Shown here: in pieces, positions 18,703 to 27,107 of the stretch
Layout: each line of letters starts with the position of its first letter
How positions within the stretch are numbered: the stretch's first letter is position 1
DNA from: Candidatus Saccharimonadota bacterium
Lineage (GTDB): Bacteria > Bacteroidota > Bacteroidia > Cytophagales > Amoebophilaceae
Direction of reading: 5' to 3'
Assembly (NCBI RefSeq): GCF_936981045.1
Contig: NZ_OW441264.1
Location: 510,001 to 542,000 of the forward strand
Length of the DNA stretch: 32,000 nt
Made by a program: the position numbers and the translations under genes
The notes under the pieces: model-generated
The model's database searches: none
What the model was told of the DNA's origin: nothing
What the model saw: the letters and a program-made list of their open reading frames with translations, nothing else

Positions 18703-18708
18703 ACCTGA
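17674..18708 (+). CDS. Group II intron reverse transcriptase/maturase (RT1), C-terminally truncated
   Basis: Has NKGAAGVDE, SYGYRPNKSALDA, GVPQGGSISP, YVDDAIVHC and FDFLGYTFRP, plus the maturase motif IVRGWFKYYG. The last codons and the stop are supplied by the IS982 terminus. Confidence 0.85.
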   Translation: MNETKSFDIPKQLIWKAYKRVSKNKGAAGVDEVSITKFEENLKDNLYKLWNRISSGSYFPEPVKAVSIPKDTGGKRNLCVPSVSDRIAQTAASMYLEPLVEPKFQEDSYGYRPNKSALDAIYTARKRCWANDWAIDLDISGFFDNLDHELVLRSIKQHTSCKWVILYVERWMKAPIQLADGSKVIRNKGVPQGGSISPIISNIFMHHAFDEWMKHNYPTIPFERYVDDAIVHCRTKRQAESMQVMIGERLAKCKLQLHPEKTQIVYCKDDDRRKEFPTQSFDFLGYTFRPRGAKNKMGNYFISLLEEISKKIDPIVRGWFKYYGRFCKSEMYPSLRNIERYLIT

Positions 18709-18929
18709 ATTCGGGATTAGCTTGTTAAAAAATAGCTTTAAAAAGCTCCTTTGTGTTTTAAATTTGGAGATAAAAAAATACTAACCAGATTATCCAAAGG
18801 AGCCAGTTATGAATGTAGAAAAATTAGTTGAAATATATTATGCTGTTGATGAATTTCTCATAAAGTTTATGCCGTATATGGAAAAACAACTGTTAACCAA
18901 TTCTAAAAGAAAACCCACTAGAACTTGTT
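18703..18929 (+). mobile_element. IS982 5' fragment (227 bp)
   Basis: ACCTGAATTCGGGATTAGCTTG.. through codon ~35 of the transposase. Homology ends at 18929, next to the IS256 terminus. Confidence 0.9.
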
Positions 18930-18965
18930 TTGGAAGTGTTCTATAAACTGTGTCACATCTCCTGT

Positions 18966-20451
18966 TCATCTCAACGTCTCTTTTAATCTACCGGGAAAAA
19001 AGATGTCTATCTGAGATATGGTCAACGCCCAGTTTCGTAGCGGCATAGTCCGTTTATCCTCGATCTTCTTTATGGCACAATATACTAATTTAACGTGAGT
19101 TCGGGATTTATTTGACTGATTTACAACAATTTAATATCAATTATTTAGTTAATATTTGCACCTATTTAACAAGTTTTTATATCTAATTTTATAAATATAA
19201 TATATATAATAAACTGATTATCAGAATTATTTGTTATTCAACTACCTATTTAACTGTCTATAAAACAAATTTTATAAATTTTCATTTATATTGATTATCA
19301 AATGAAAAAATAATCTAATCCCGAACTCACGTTAAATTATACAAAGCATTTATACTGGTAAACGCTCCTTTTGTCTTGGTAAACTTCCTAATCTGCCTAT
19401 GCAAGCTTTCTATAGGATTGGTGGTATAAATTAGCCTTCTGACAGGATCTGAATACTTAAAATAACCAGACAAATGTTCCCAATTATTTTGCCGAGATTT
19501 GGTAACCATTGGATACTTCCCCCCCCATTTTTCTTCTAATTCCAATAGATAATGCTCAGCAACTTCCTTACTTGAAGCTTGATATATTTGCTTTAAATCA
19601 GTTAAAAAACGTTTTACGTCTTTGCTAGCTACATACTTGAGTGAGTTTCGTATCTGATGTACTACACAGACCTGCACTTGTGCATTAGGGAAAACGCTAT
19701 TTATGGCTGAAGGAAAGCTTTTTAGGCCATCAACACAGGCAATAAGGATATCTTCTACACCTCTTTCCTTAAGCTCGTTAAGTACACCCAACCAGAAGTT
19801 AGCCCCCTCACTTTCAGACAAATAAAATCCCAATACTTCTTTTTTACCCTCTTGATCTATGCCTAATAAGGTATACATGCATTTGCTTACACATCTGCCA
19901 TCTTCTTTTACCTTAAAAAACATCCTATCCATGAAAACTATCGGATAAACTGATTGAAGAGGGCGGTTACGCCATTCATTTATTATCGGTAACAAGCTAT
20001 CTGTAATAGATGATATTTCAGCAGCTGATACTTTATGATCATAGATCTCTTCAACATGAACGGCTATAGATTTATAGCTCATACCACTAGAAAACATGCT
20101 TAAGATCTTGCTTTCCAGCTCAGGATGTAGGCTTGTTTGACGCTTTTTAACTATTTGTGGATCGAAACTACCTGTCCTATCCCTAGGAGTTAGCAGATCA
20201 AAGGAACCAGAACTTGTACGTAAAGTTTTAGAGCTTTTTCCATTTCTTCTATTATTTTCTGTTGAATCACTAGATAAATGGTGTGCCATTTCACCTTCTA
20301 GACTTGCCTCTAGAAGCTTTTTTATCAGAGGCGTTAAAGCACCACCTTTTCCTGTTAAAGGCTTACCTAAACGGATAGAGCACAAAATATTTTCCTACAG
20401 AAATTTGTAATCTATTAAACCAACATAGGAATTGTTCTTATTTTCTTCCAT
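18966..20451 (-). pseudogene. IS256-family (mutator-type) transposase, nonsense codon plus MITE insertion
   Basis: GKGGALTPLIKKLLEASLEGEMAHHL..VFMDRMFFKV..LIACVDGLKSF..VVHQIRNS is typical of IS256. ATG at 20451 with an in-frame TAG at 20397..20395. The C-terminal 41 codons (KLVYCAIKKIEDKRTMPLRNW..) are separated by the MITE at 19093..19332. Confidence 0.9.
19093..19332 (-). mobile_element. 240-bp MITE
   Basis: Complete copy with both TIRs. Flanked by TAATTTA / TAAATTA (apparent 7-bp duplication, one mismatch). Splits the IS256 transposase between ..ALY and KLVY... Confidence 0.9.
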
Positions 20452-20526
20452 GTCTAAAACCTTTAATGTTTATTTAATTAATTTATAACTTTTTATCGCC
20501 TTGACACAGTTTATAGAACACTTCCG

Positions 20527-21515
20527 ATTAGACGTATTGTGAACCAGTCATATATATATTAGTTATAGAAGGTTTTTTCTCTTTTAGTGCATAAGCTGTA
20601 ATTCCAGTTATCAAATTGACTAGAAAATTAGGTATGCTTCTATGCCTGGAATGTTCTATCTGGCTAATATTTTTGAGCTGATCTATAATAGTTTCAATTA
20701 TAGATCGTTTTCTAAGCATCAGTTTATCCCAGAGTGGCATAAAAGAATTTTTCATATTTTTTCTGATCTGGGTAATGAGTTCCACGCCTTTCTCGATCAG
20801 TTTTTCAAATAAATCTTTGCTTATATAACCTTTATCGGCAAACATTTTACCCATCAAGTGTTTACATAAATTTTCTACAGGAAGCCTATCATTAGTTTTA
20901 CCTGTGGTCAGTTGAAAATTCATAATTTCTCCTAAATCATTGACTATCAAGTGCAACTTTAATCCAAAAAACCAACCGGTGCTGGTTTTACCTTTAGTAG
21001 CAATCGATTTAAAAACCCTGTGCGTATAGGCTCTTTTGATATGGCAAACCTTGATGGCTGTTGCATCCATAAAATAACAACCTGTTTTTGTTTTAGAAAA
21101 ACTTTGTGTAAAACAGTACAAGGGAACTAACGTTCTTTGGATCAGTTCTATAAATCTATTGTAGCTTACTAACTTTCCAAATTTACTAGAATGAAATTGC
21201 TGTAAATGAATATAATAAGACTTAAAATTTCTAAAACCAATCACATGAAAGGCAATAAGAACAGTCATTATTTCACTCAAAGTTAATGAACAAGTTCTAG
21301 TGGGTTTTCTTTTAGAGTTGGTTAACAGTTGTTTTTCCATATACGGCATAAACTTTATGAGAAATTCATCAACAGCATAATATATTTCAACTAATTTTTC
21401 TACATTCATAACTGGCTCCTTTAGATAATCTGGTTAGTATTTTTTTATCTCCAAATTTAAAACACAAAGGAGCTTTTTAAAGCTATTTTTTAACAAGCTA
21501 ATCCCGAACTGAGGT
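20527..21515 (-). mobile_element. IS982-family insertion sequence with intact transposase; about 13 bp of its 3' TIR are replaced by the IS256 end
   Basis: The 5' TIR AATCCCGAACTGAGGT ends at 21515. At the other end the sequence ATTAGACGTATTGTGAACC abuts the IS256 IR directly. Confidence 0.9.
20528..21409 (-). CDS. IS982-family DDE transposase (intact, 293 aa)
   Basis: The only uninterrupted copy in the window. Has MDATAIKVCH, ADKGYIS and [13 protein letters not shown] (DDE context). The size and AC-terminated TIRs fit IS982. Confidence 0.9.
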   Translation of the reverse strand: MNVEKLVEIYYAVDEFLIKFMPYMEKQLLTNSKRKPTRTCSLTLSEIMTVLIAFHVIGFRNFKSYYIHLQQFHSSKFGKLVSYNRFIELIQRTLVPLYCFTQSFSKTKTGCYFMDATAIKVCHIKRAYTHRVFKSIATKGKTSTGWFFGLKLHLIVNDLGEIMNFQLTTGKTNDRLPVENLCKHLMGKMFADKGYISKDLFEKLIEKGVELITQIRKNMKNSFMPLWDKLMLRKRSIIETIIDQLKNISQIEHSRHRSIPNFLVNLITGITAYALKEKKPSITNIYMTGSQYV

Positions 21516-21554
21516 TTCTATGGGTTAAGTATCTGAGAAATCGGTTATTAATAA

Positions 21555-21794
21555 ATGTGAGTTCGGGATTTATGTGACTGATTTACAACAATTTAATATC
21601 AATTATTTAGTTAATATTTGCACCTATTTAACAAGTTTTTATATCTAATTTTATAAATATAATATATATAATAAACTGATTATCAGAATTATTTGTTATT
21701 CAACTATCTATTTAACTGTCTATAAAACAAATTTTATAAATTTTCATTGATATTGATTATCAAATGAAAAAATAATATAATCCCAAACTCACGT
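21555..21794 (-). mobile_element. 240-bp MITE (slightly degenerate TIRs)
   Basis: ATGTGAGTTCGGGATT ... AATCCCAAACTCACGT. A 39-bp RT2 fragment (21516..21554) lies between it and the IS982. Confidence 0.85.
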
Positions 21795-22172
21795 TTATTG
21801 ATTTCGCTTTACTTATACAATAAAGTTTCCAGTGGCCTACTGGATTCATATCAGATCTCCCGGACTACGATGTGAAACATTCATAGCGTGCAACCCCTAA
21901 CACCCCGGCACTTGTATGATGGTCATGGTCTATTTTTTTCCATCCTACTATCAGCCTTCCTGTAGCCACTAGACAGTCGGCAAATGTGCTTAAACGGCTT
22001 AACGAGGCTAATTCGGGTTCACTTTTGTTGCAGCCCTCTATTTTGCAGATGCATTTAAAGGTAACTTAAACCTGTGAATCACCTCACAAATCCAACCTCC
22101 TGCTAGACTCCCGAAATAGACAAATTAGAGTCAGGGGACTTACACCCCATTTGTTGCACACCTGTGCCGGCG
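21795..22172 (-). other. Second copy of the probable group II intron 2 5' segment
   Basis: Reverse complement of 11246..11586 with a few substitutions, extending about 40 nt further (21795..21833). Joined to the IS6 transposase at the identical nucleotide (..GCCATTGCA). Confidence 0.4.
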
Positions 22173-22737
22173 TGCAATGGCTGCAGACTTAAAACACTTA
22201 AAACTAAGCATAGGTTTTAGCCGTTTTTTGATAAACCTATGATCTTGTTCAACTCTATTATTCAAGTATTTGTTTTGAAATATTTGAATGGTATGATCTT
22301 GATCAAGTTCTGTATTGATCGCATCAAAGGCAGCTTTATTACTACCGCTTTTGTCAATTAACGTGAGTTCGGGATTATATTATTTTTTCATTTGATAATC
22401 AATATCAATGAAAATTTATAAAATTTGTTTTATAGACAGTTAAATAGATAGTTGAATAACAAATAATTCTGATAATCAGTTTATTATATATATTATATTT
22501 ATAAAATTAGATATAAAAACTTGTTAAATAGGTGCAAATATTAACTAAATAATTGATATTAAATTGTTGTAAATCAGTCAAATAAATCCCGAACTCACGT
22601 TTCTTAGGAATATTATTTTCTGTGATCGCCTTACGAAAAAAAGAAAAAGCTGCAGACTTGTCTCTATGCTCAGATAGAAAAAAGTCAACTGAATTACCAT
22701 AACGATCTACTGCTCTATAATAAATAGATTCACTTTG
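22173..22737 (-). pseudogene. IS6-family transposase fragments split by a MITE
   Basis: ESIYYRAVDRYGNSVDFFLSEHRDKSAAFSFFRKAITENNIPKK (22601..22737), then IDKSGSNKAALDAINTELDQDH..FKSAAIA (22173..22360). The N-terminus is missing. Confidence 0.8.
22361..22600 (+). mobile_element. 240-bp MITE
   Basis: Complete copy with both TIRs, inside the IS6 transposase. Confidence 0.9.
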
Positions 22738-22805
22738 TTATATAATTAATATTATGTTAAATAGAATTCCGTAGGCGTTTTTTGGTTCTGTCGCGTTTAT
22801 TCTAA

Positions 22806-23326
22806 AAAATCATTATTTTAGTACCTGTAGTTAAAAACTATGATAAAATTTATCTAAAAGATGTACTTTGGGAAGCTTGGCGTCAAGTCAAAGCAAATCA
22901 AGGCTCAGCAGGGATTGATGGTAAAAGCATAAGTGATATAATAACGTGAGTTCGGGATTAGATTATTTTTTCATTTGATAATCAATATTAATAAAAATTT
23001 ATAAAATTTGTTTTATAGACAGTTAAATAGGTTGTTGAATAACAAATAACTCTGATAATCAGTTTATTATATACATTATATTTATAGAATTAGATATAAA
23101 AACTTGTTAAATAGGTGCAAATATTAACTAAATAATTGATATTAAATTGTTGTAAATCAGTCAAATAAATCCCGAACTCACGTTAATAGATCAAGGTGAG
23201 GTAAAGATTATCAATAAATTTCAGCAGCAACTACGCGCAAAGCTATACAAATTTACCTCAAGCAGGTTGGTAGAAATACCCAAAGCTAAAGGTGGAACAA
23301 GGCCACTAGAGGTAATGACCGTAGAA
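22806..23326 (+). pseudogene. RT2 N-terminal fragments split by a MITE
   Basis: KNYDKIYLKDVLWEAWRQVKANQGSAGIDGKSISDI (22806..22943) and IDQGEVKIINKFQQQLRAKLYKFTSSRLVEIPKAKGGTRPLEV (23184..23326) correspond to RT blocks 0-1 of group II intron RTs. No start codon is retained. Confidence 0.75.
22944..23183 (+). mobile_element. 240-bp MITE
   Basis: Complete copy, flanked by TAATA on each side (apparent 5-bp duplication). Confidence 0.9.
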
Positions 23327-23566
23327 ACGTGAGTTCGGGATTAGATTATTTTTTCATTTGATAATCAATATCAATGAAAATTTATAAAATTTGTTTTATA
23401 GACAATTAAATAGGTAGTTGAATAATAAATAATTCTGGTAATCAGTTTATTATATATATTATATTTATAGAATTAGATATAAAAACTTGTTAAATAGGTG
23501 CAAATATTAACTAAATAATTGATATTAAATTGTTGTAAATCAGTCAAATAAATCCCGAACCCACGT
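23327..23566 (+). mobile_element. 240-bp MITE
   Basis: Complete copy (right TIR AATCCCGAACCCACGT). Confidence 0.9.
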
Positions 23567-23709
23567 TATAAATATAATATATATAATAAACTGATTACCA
23601 GAATTATTTATTATTCAACTACCTATTTAACTGTCTATAAAACAAATTTTATAAATTTTCATTGATATTGATTATCAAATGAAAAAATAATCTGATTCCG
23701 AACTCAGGT
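23567..23709 (-). mobile_element. Partial MITE (143 bp) in inverted orientation
   Basis: Matches the second half of the reverse-orientation consensus. Its terminus GATTCCGAACTCAGGT is intermediate between the MITE and IS982 TIRs. Confidence 0.8.
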
Positions 23710-23734
23710 TACTAAGCCAACGTAGTCATTATGC

Positions 23735-23825
23735 ATTGTTTCTTCCATGTCTAAAACCTTTATCTGTTAAGTATGTAAATTATAACTTTTTATCGCCTTG
23801 ACACAGTTTATAGAACACTTCCGAC
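23735..23825 (-). mobile_element. Solo IS256 end fragment (IR plus ~65 bp of leader)
   Basis: ..TTCTTCCATGTCTAAAACC..TATCGCCTTGACACAGTTTATAGAACACTTCC matches 20440..20525. Confidence 0.85.
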
Positions 23826-24191
23826 AGACCGTAAAAACGCTATGCATGGCTTTAGGTAAGCTGTAAAGGCATTTGTATTACTCATTTACAGCTTATGTTT
23901 TACATCCTCAAAGGTGCGTTTATGGTCTATATTCTTGGAATTTTATCCTTTATTTATTTTATTGCTATTGTTGAGGGCCTAACATTTTTAGACTTTGATC
24001 ATGCGGTTTACCCAATGCAGTCTATTTTGTTCTATTGATCCTATCTATAGTATTTAGCTAGGTTATCTGAGGCGTAAGCAAATAGGCGTATACAAGGTGT
24101 AGAAATTGGTTGGAACGACCAGCGGTATATTTTATATTTAAGTGGGCGTAGTTTCAACAATATTTTTCTTTGCTTTATATTCTTTATTTCC

Positions 24192-25982
24192 ATGGCCGCT
24201 ATATCAGGTGATTTTATTAAGTATACCATCAAGGTAGGTTCTAAAACCCTAGATGCCAGCTACCCTATACAATCCATAATAGTGGATAAAAGAATCAACA
24301 AAATACCTTATGCCAAAATAGTTTTGCATGATGGTAACATTCAGTCGCAAACTTTTTCTATAGCCAATGACAAAACCTTTTCCATTGGCGCCACGGTTAC
24401 CATACGAGCCAGTTACGGCGATGGATTAGCGCAGCTCTTCGAAGGTGTAGTAGCCAAACTAGCCATTCAGTCTAGCTTAACAGCGTTATCTACTCTGACT
24501 GTAACGTGTAGAGATGTTGCTTATAAGACTACTCTTACGCCTAAAACGGCGCATTTTGTAAAGAGCAAGGATAGTGATCTTTTAAAAAAAATTTTGAACG
24601 GGTATAGCGGTTTAAACTATAAAATTGAAGCGACCACTATTGTACATGAAAATATTTCACAGCATGAAATATCAGATTGGGACTTCCTAAACATTCGCGC
24701 GGAGGCAAATGGACAGATCATAGTGGTGAATGATGGAGTCATTTCAGTTAAAAAACTTAAATCAACCGGAAAAGGCTCCTTTACCTATACCTATGGAGCC
24801 GATTTTATTGACTTTGATGCTGAAATAGATGCAAAAGACCCATGGTCAGCTGCTACCGCCTTCTCCTGGAATAGTAGCAAACAAAGTAAAGTTTCTGAAA
24901 AAGCAAGCGACCCAGGAGAACAGTCTATAGGGGACCTTTCTTATAAAAAATTAACCGCTGCTGCCCAACCAGGTAACGTTGCTATATCCCACAGTGGTGT
25001 ATTAGATCCCTTGGAAATCAAAACATTGGCAACTGGCTTACTAAACCGGAGTAGAATAGCTAAAATAAAAGGTAGCGTTACGGTTTCAGGTAATGCGGAA
25101 TTACGTCATGATGGGCTTATAACCATTGAAAAAGGTGCAAACCACTTTTCAGGAAATGCTTATGTATCTGGTGTTCAACATATCATATCAGATGGAGGTT
25201 GGCAGACTCTATTAACCTTAGGGCTAGATGCACAACGCTACATGCACAAATACCATGACATTGGTGCACTTCCAGCAGCAGGCATAATGCCTCCTATACA
25301 TGGGCTACAACTCGGTATTGTCAAGCAAATCACAGAGGATCCTCAAAAGCATAATCGAATTTTGGTACATCTGCCTTTGGTACAAGACAAACCTAAAGAG
25401 GGCATTTGGTGTCGCTTGGCTTCATTTTATGCTACGCAAGCATCAGGTGCTTTTTTTATTCCAGAGCTAGAGGATGAAGTGGTAGTAGGTTTTGTAAACG
25501 ATGATATTCGATTTCCTATTATTCTAGGCTCCCTGCATAGCAGTAAACATGTGCCACCTAAAACAGCTGATCCTAACAATCTTTTTAAATCTTTTGTTTC
25601 TAGAGAAAAATTAGAGTTTACCTTTCATGACAATAAAGAAGGCCCTGAAATCATTATTAAAACATCCAAGGGAGGACTTATTCAGATATCAGATAAGAAA
25701 AAAAGTCTTGAAATAGTAGACCAGAATGGTAATAAATTGGTTTTAAACAACGATGGAATCAACCTAACCAGCGGGAAAGATATTCATTTGAGTGCAAGGG
25801 CTAGCATCACCATAAAGTCAGGCAAAGATGTAGTGGTAAATGGTACGCAAAGTGTAAACTTGAAGAGCATGAACATTAATGCACAAGCTTCCATGAAGGC
25901 CATCTTAAGTGGCAATGCTAGTACAGAAGTAAAGTCTGGTATGGCTACCATTGTCAAAGGTACAACAGTACTTATAAATTAA
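24192..25982 (+). CDS. vgrG: VgrG-like spike protein (gpD/gp27-like plus gp5 OB-fold plus beta-helix) of a contractile injection system
   Basis: 596 aa. N-terminal gpD-like region (YTIKVGSKTLD..IVLHDG..). gp5/Phage_base_V-like block GLQLGIVKQITEDPQKHNRILVHLP..GIWCRLASFYA..GAFFIPELEDEVVVGF..PIILGSL. C-terminal repetitive beta-helix (KLVLNNDGINLTSGKDIHLSA..ITIKSGKDVVVNG..). Confidence 0.85.
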   Translation: MAAISGDFIKYTIKVGSKTLDASYPIQSIIVDKRINKIPYAKIVLHDGNIQSQTFSIANDKTFSIGATVTIRASYGDGLAQLFEGVVAKLAIQSSLTALSTLTVTCRDVAYKTTLTPKTAHFVKSKDSDLLKKILNGYSGLNYKIEATTIVHENISQHEISDWDFLNIRAEANGQIIVVNDGVISVKKLKSTGKGSFTYTYGADFIDFDAEIDAKDPWSAATAFSWNSSKQSKVSEKASDPGEQSIGDLSYKKLTAAAQPGNVAISHSGVLDPLEIKTLATGLLNRSRIAKIKGSVTVSGNAELRHDGLITIEKGANHFSGNAYVSGVQHIISDGGWQTLLTLGLDAQRYMHKYHDIGALPAAGIMPPIHGLQLGIVKQITEDPQKHNRILVHLPLVQDKPKEGIWCRLASFYATQASGAFFIPELEDEVVVGFVNDDIRFPIILGSLHSSKHVPPKTADPNNLFKSFVSREKLEFTFHDNKEGPEIIIKTSKGGLIQISDKKKSLEIVDQNGNKLVLNNDGINLTSGKDIHLSARASITIKSGKDVVVNGTQSVNLKSMNINAQASMKAILSGNASTEVKSGMATIVKGTTVLIN

Positions 25983-26042
25983 TAGAATTATTTTTTAGAT
26001 TCTTATGCTTACATCATAATATCATTATAATCATATAACACT

Positions 26043-26351
26043 ATGCCACCTGCAGCTGTATTATTAAATAAACACATGTGCCCTATGGTCACGCCAGGTG
26101 TTCCACCTGTTCCGCATGCTAGTGGAGGAATGATTATGTTGGGTTGTCCAACAGTTTTAATCGGCAAGTTCCCGGCAGCAAGAATGGGAGACATGATGCT
26201 TTGTAATGGCCCCCCACCCCATCCGGATACTATTGTCAAGGGATCTGCAACTGTTCTAATAGGTAAAAAGCCAGCAGCACGCTTAGGCGATACAACAGGT
26301 ATGGGCGGAATGATATTGCAAGGGTGCCCTACAGTAATCATTGGTGGGTAG
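26043..26351 (+). CDS. PAAR-domain spike-tip protein
   Basis: 102 aa with two explicit PAAR motifs (FPAARMGD, KPAARLGD) in the usual V-L-I-G-x-x-PAAR-x-GD context, plus conserved Cys/His (HMCPM, LCNG). Confidence 0.9.
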   Translation: MPPAAVLLNKHMCPMVTPGVPPVPHASGGMIMLGCPTVLIGKFPAARMGDMMLCNGPPPHPDTIVKGSATVLIGKKPAARLGDTTGMGGMILQGCPTVIIGG

Positions 26352-26384
26352 AATACAATTAAACAAATAGAAAAAAGGCTGCGT

Positions 26385-26789
26385 ATGGAAGATGAAAATA
26401 ATTTCTTGGGTATAGGATGGAAGTTTCCACCTTCTTTTAACCACCATAGTAGCACAGTAGAAATGGTAAGCGGATTGAACGATATCAGAGAAAGTTTAAT
26501 CATCTTAATGCGTACTAGAGTGGGTGAACGCATTGTAGAACAGAGATATGGTTGTGATTTGACCCCACTTGCCTTTCAGCAATTGGATCTTAACTTGGAA
26601 ACCTTTATGGTCAATAACATCAAGCAAACCATCGCAGAACATGAGCCTAGAGTAGAGGTGCTTGATGTACAATTAACTACGCCAAATGATGGAGAAGGGG
26701 CTATCGATATTAATATAAGTTATAAGGTAAAAAAACTAGATATAGAAGAAACGATCCAATATGGCTACCATCCTATTTTTAATAAATAG
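26385..26789 (+). CDS. gp25-like baseplate wedge protein (GPW_gp25 family)
   Basis: FLGIGWKFPP...VSGLNDIRESLIILMRTRVGERI..RYGCDL...IKQTIAEHEPRVEVLDV matches the GPW/gp25 pattern G-x-GW-x-FP...I-x-x-S-I...T-x-x-GER...EPR. Confidence 0.85.
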   Translation: MEDENNFLGIGWKFPPSFNHHSSTVEMVSGLNDIRESLIILMRTRVGERIVEQRYGCDLTPLAFQQLDLNLETFMVNNIKQTIAEHEPRVEVLDVQLTTPNDGEGAIDINISYKVKKLDIEETIQYGYHPIFNK

Positions 26790-26870
26790 CATCTTAGAAA
26801 TAGTATGTAGACAAATCATGCATAATAAGGCAAAATTTGTATGCTACTTTTTTTTGATAAAAAAGCAGCC

Positions 26871-27024
26871 AAAAAATCAAGCCCTGTGCAAAAAATTGCT
26901 GAAAGTACTCCTTAGAGCTGGAAAAACAGAAGCCGCTCTGCAGCCCCCATTAAACTGTTTTTCTGATCAGCTGCAAGCTGCATTTTCTCATCGTAACTTT
27001 TTACAAGGGGCGTTTTTGTTTTGT
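26871..27024 (+). repeat. Palindromic intergenic element (full-length copy) inside the injection-system gene string
   Basis: AAAAAATCAA-GCCCTGTGCAAAAAATTGC (26881..26899) pairs with GTAACTTTTTACAAGGGGC (26993..27011), which is followed by GTTTTTGTTTTG. Related copies lie at 3585..3673, 6161..~6270 and 9851..9897. Confidence 0.6.
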
Positions 27025-27107
27025 GTTGCTGGAACGCTAAATGGATGCTCTATTTATGTTTTATCCACTATGAATTCAAAATCAGCATTATTTATAGATT
27101 AAAGACT

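Larger units (their letters stand above)
18932..20525 (-). mobile_element. IS256-family insertion sequence (contains a MITE)
   Basis: Perfect 23-bp terminal inverted repeats GGAAGTGTTCTATAAACTGTGTC at 18932..18954 and (complement) 20503..20525. Confidence 0.9.

Noticed and set aside
22361-23709. Array-like alternation of ~240-bp repeats and short unique segments, superficially like a CRISPR or satellite array
   Set aside because: The repeats are ten times longer than CRISPR repeats and have terminal inverted repeats. They occur in both orientations, and the 'spacers' are recognisable fragments of IS6 transposase and RT genes. These are independent MITE insertions.
24041-24232. 63-aa minus-strand ORF overlapping the vgrG start
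   Set aside because: It overlaps the vgrG start, lies in AT-rich leader DNA and has no homology signal.
26009-26533. 174-aa ORF antisense to the PAAR and gp25-like genes
   Set aside because: It is the mirror of two well-supported genes. Its Pro/Gly-rich translation is the antisense shadow of the PAAR Gly/Pro codons.
26761-27102. 113-aa ORF between the gp25-like and gp6-like genes
   Set aside because: It is read entirely through the palindromic intergenic repeat (copies elsewhere are non-coding and in either orientation). Its composition is odd and it overlaps the gp25-like gene end.
27021-27107. Upstream start (27021) of the gp6/J-like ORF given in the ORF track
   Set aside because: The first 29 codons lie inside the dispersed palindromic repeat and encode an implausible Cys/Trp-rich leader. 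The ATG at 27108 gives MKNTLLELDYPFLKEQG.., a normal N-terminus.
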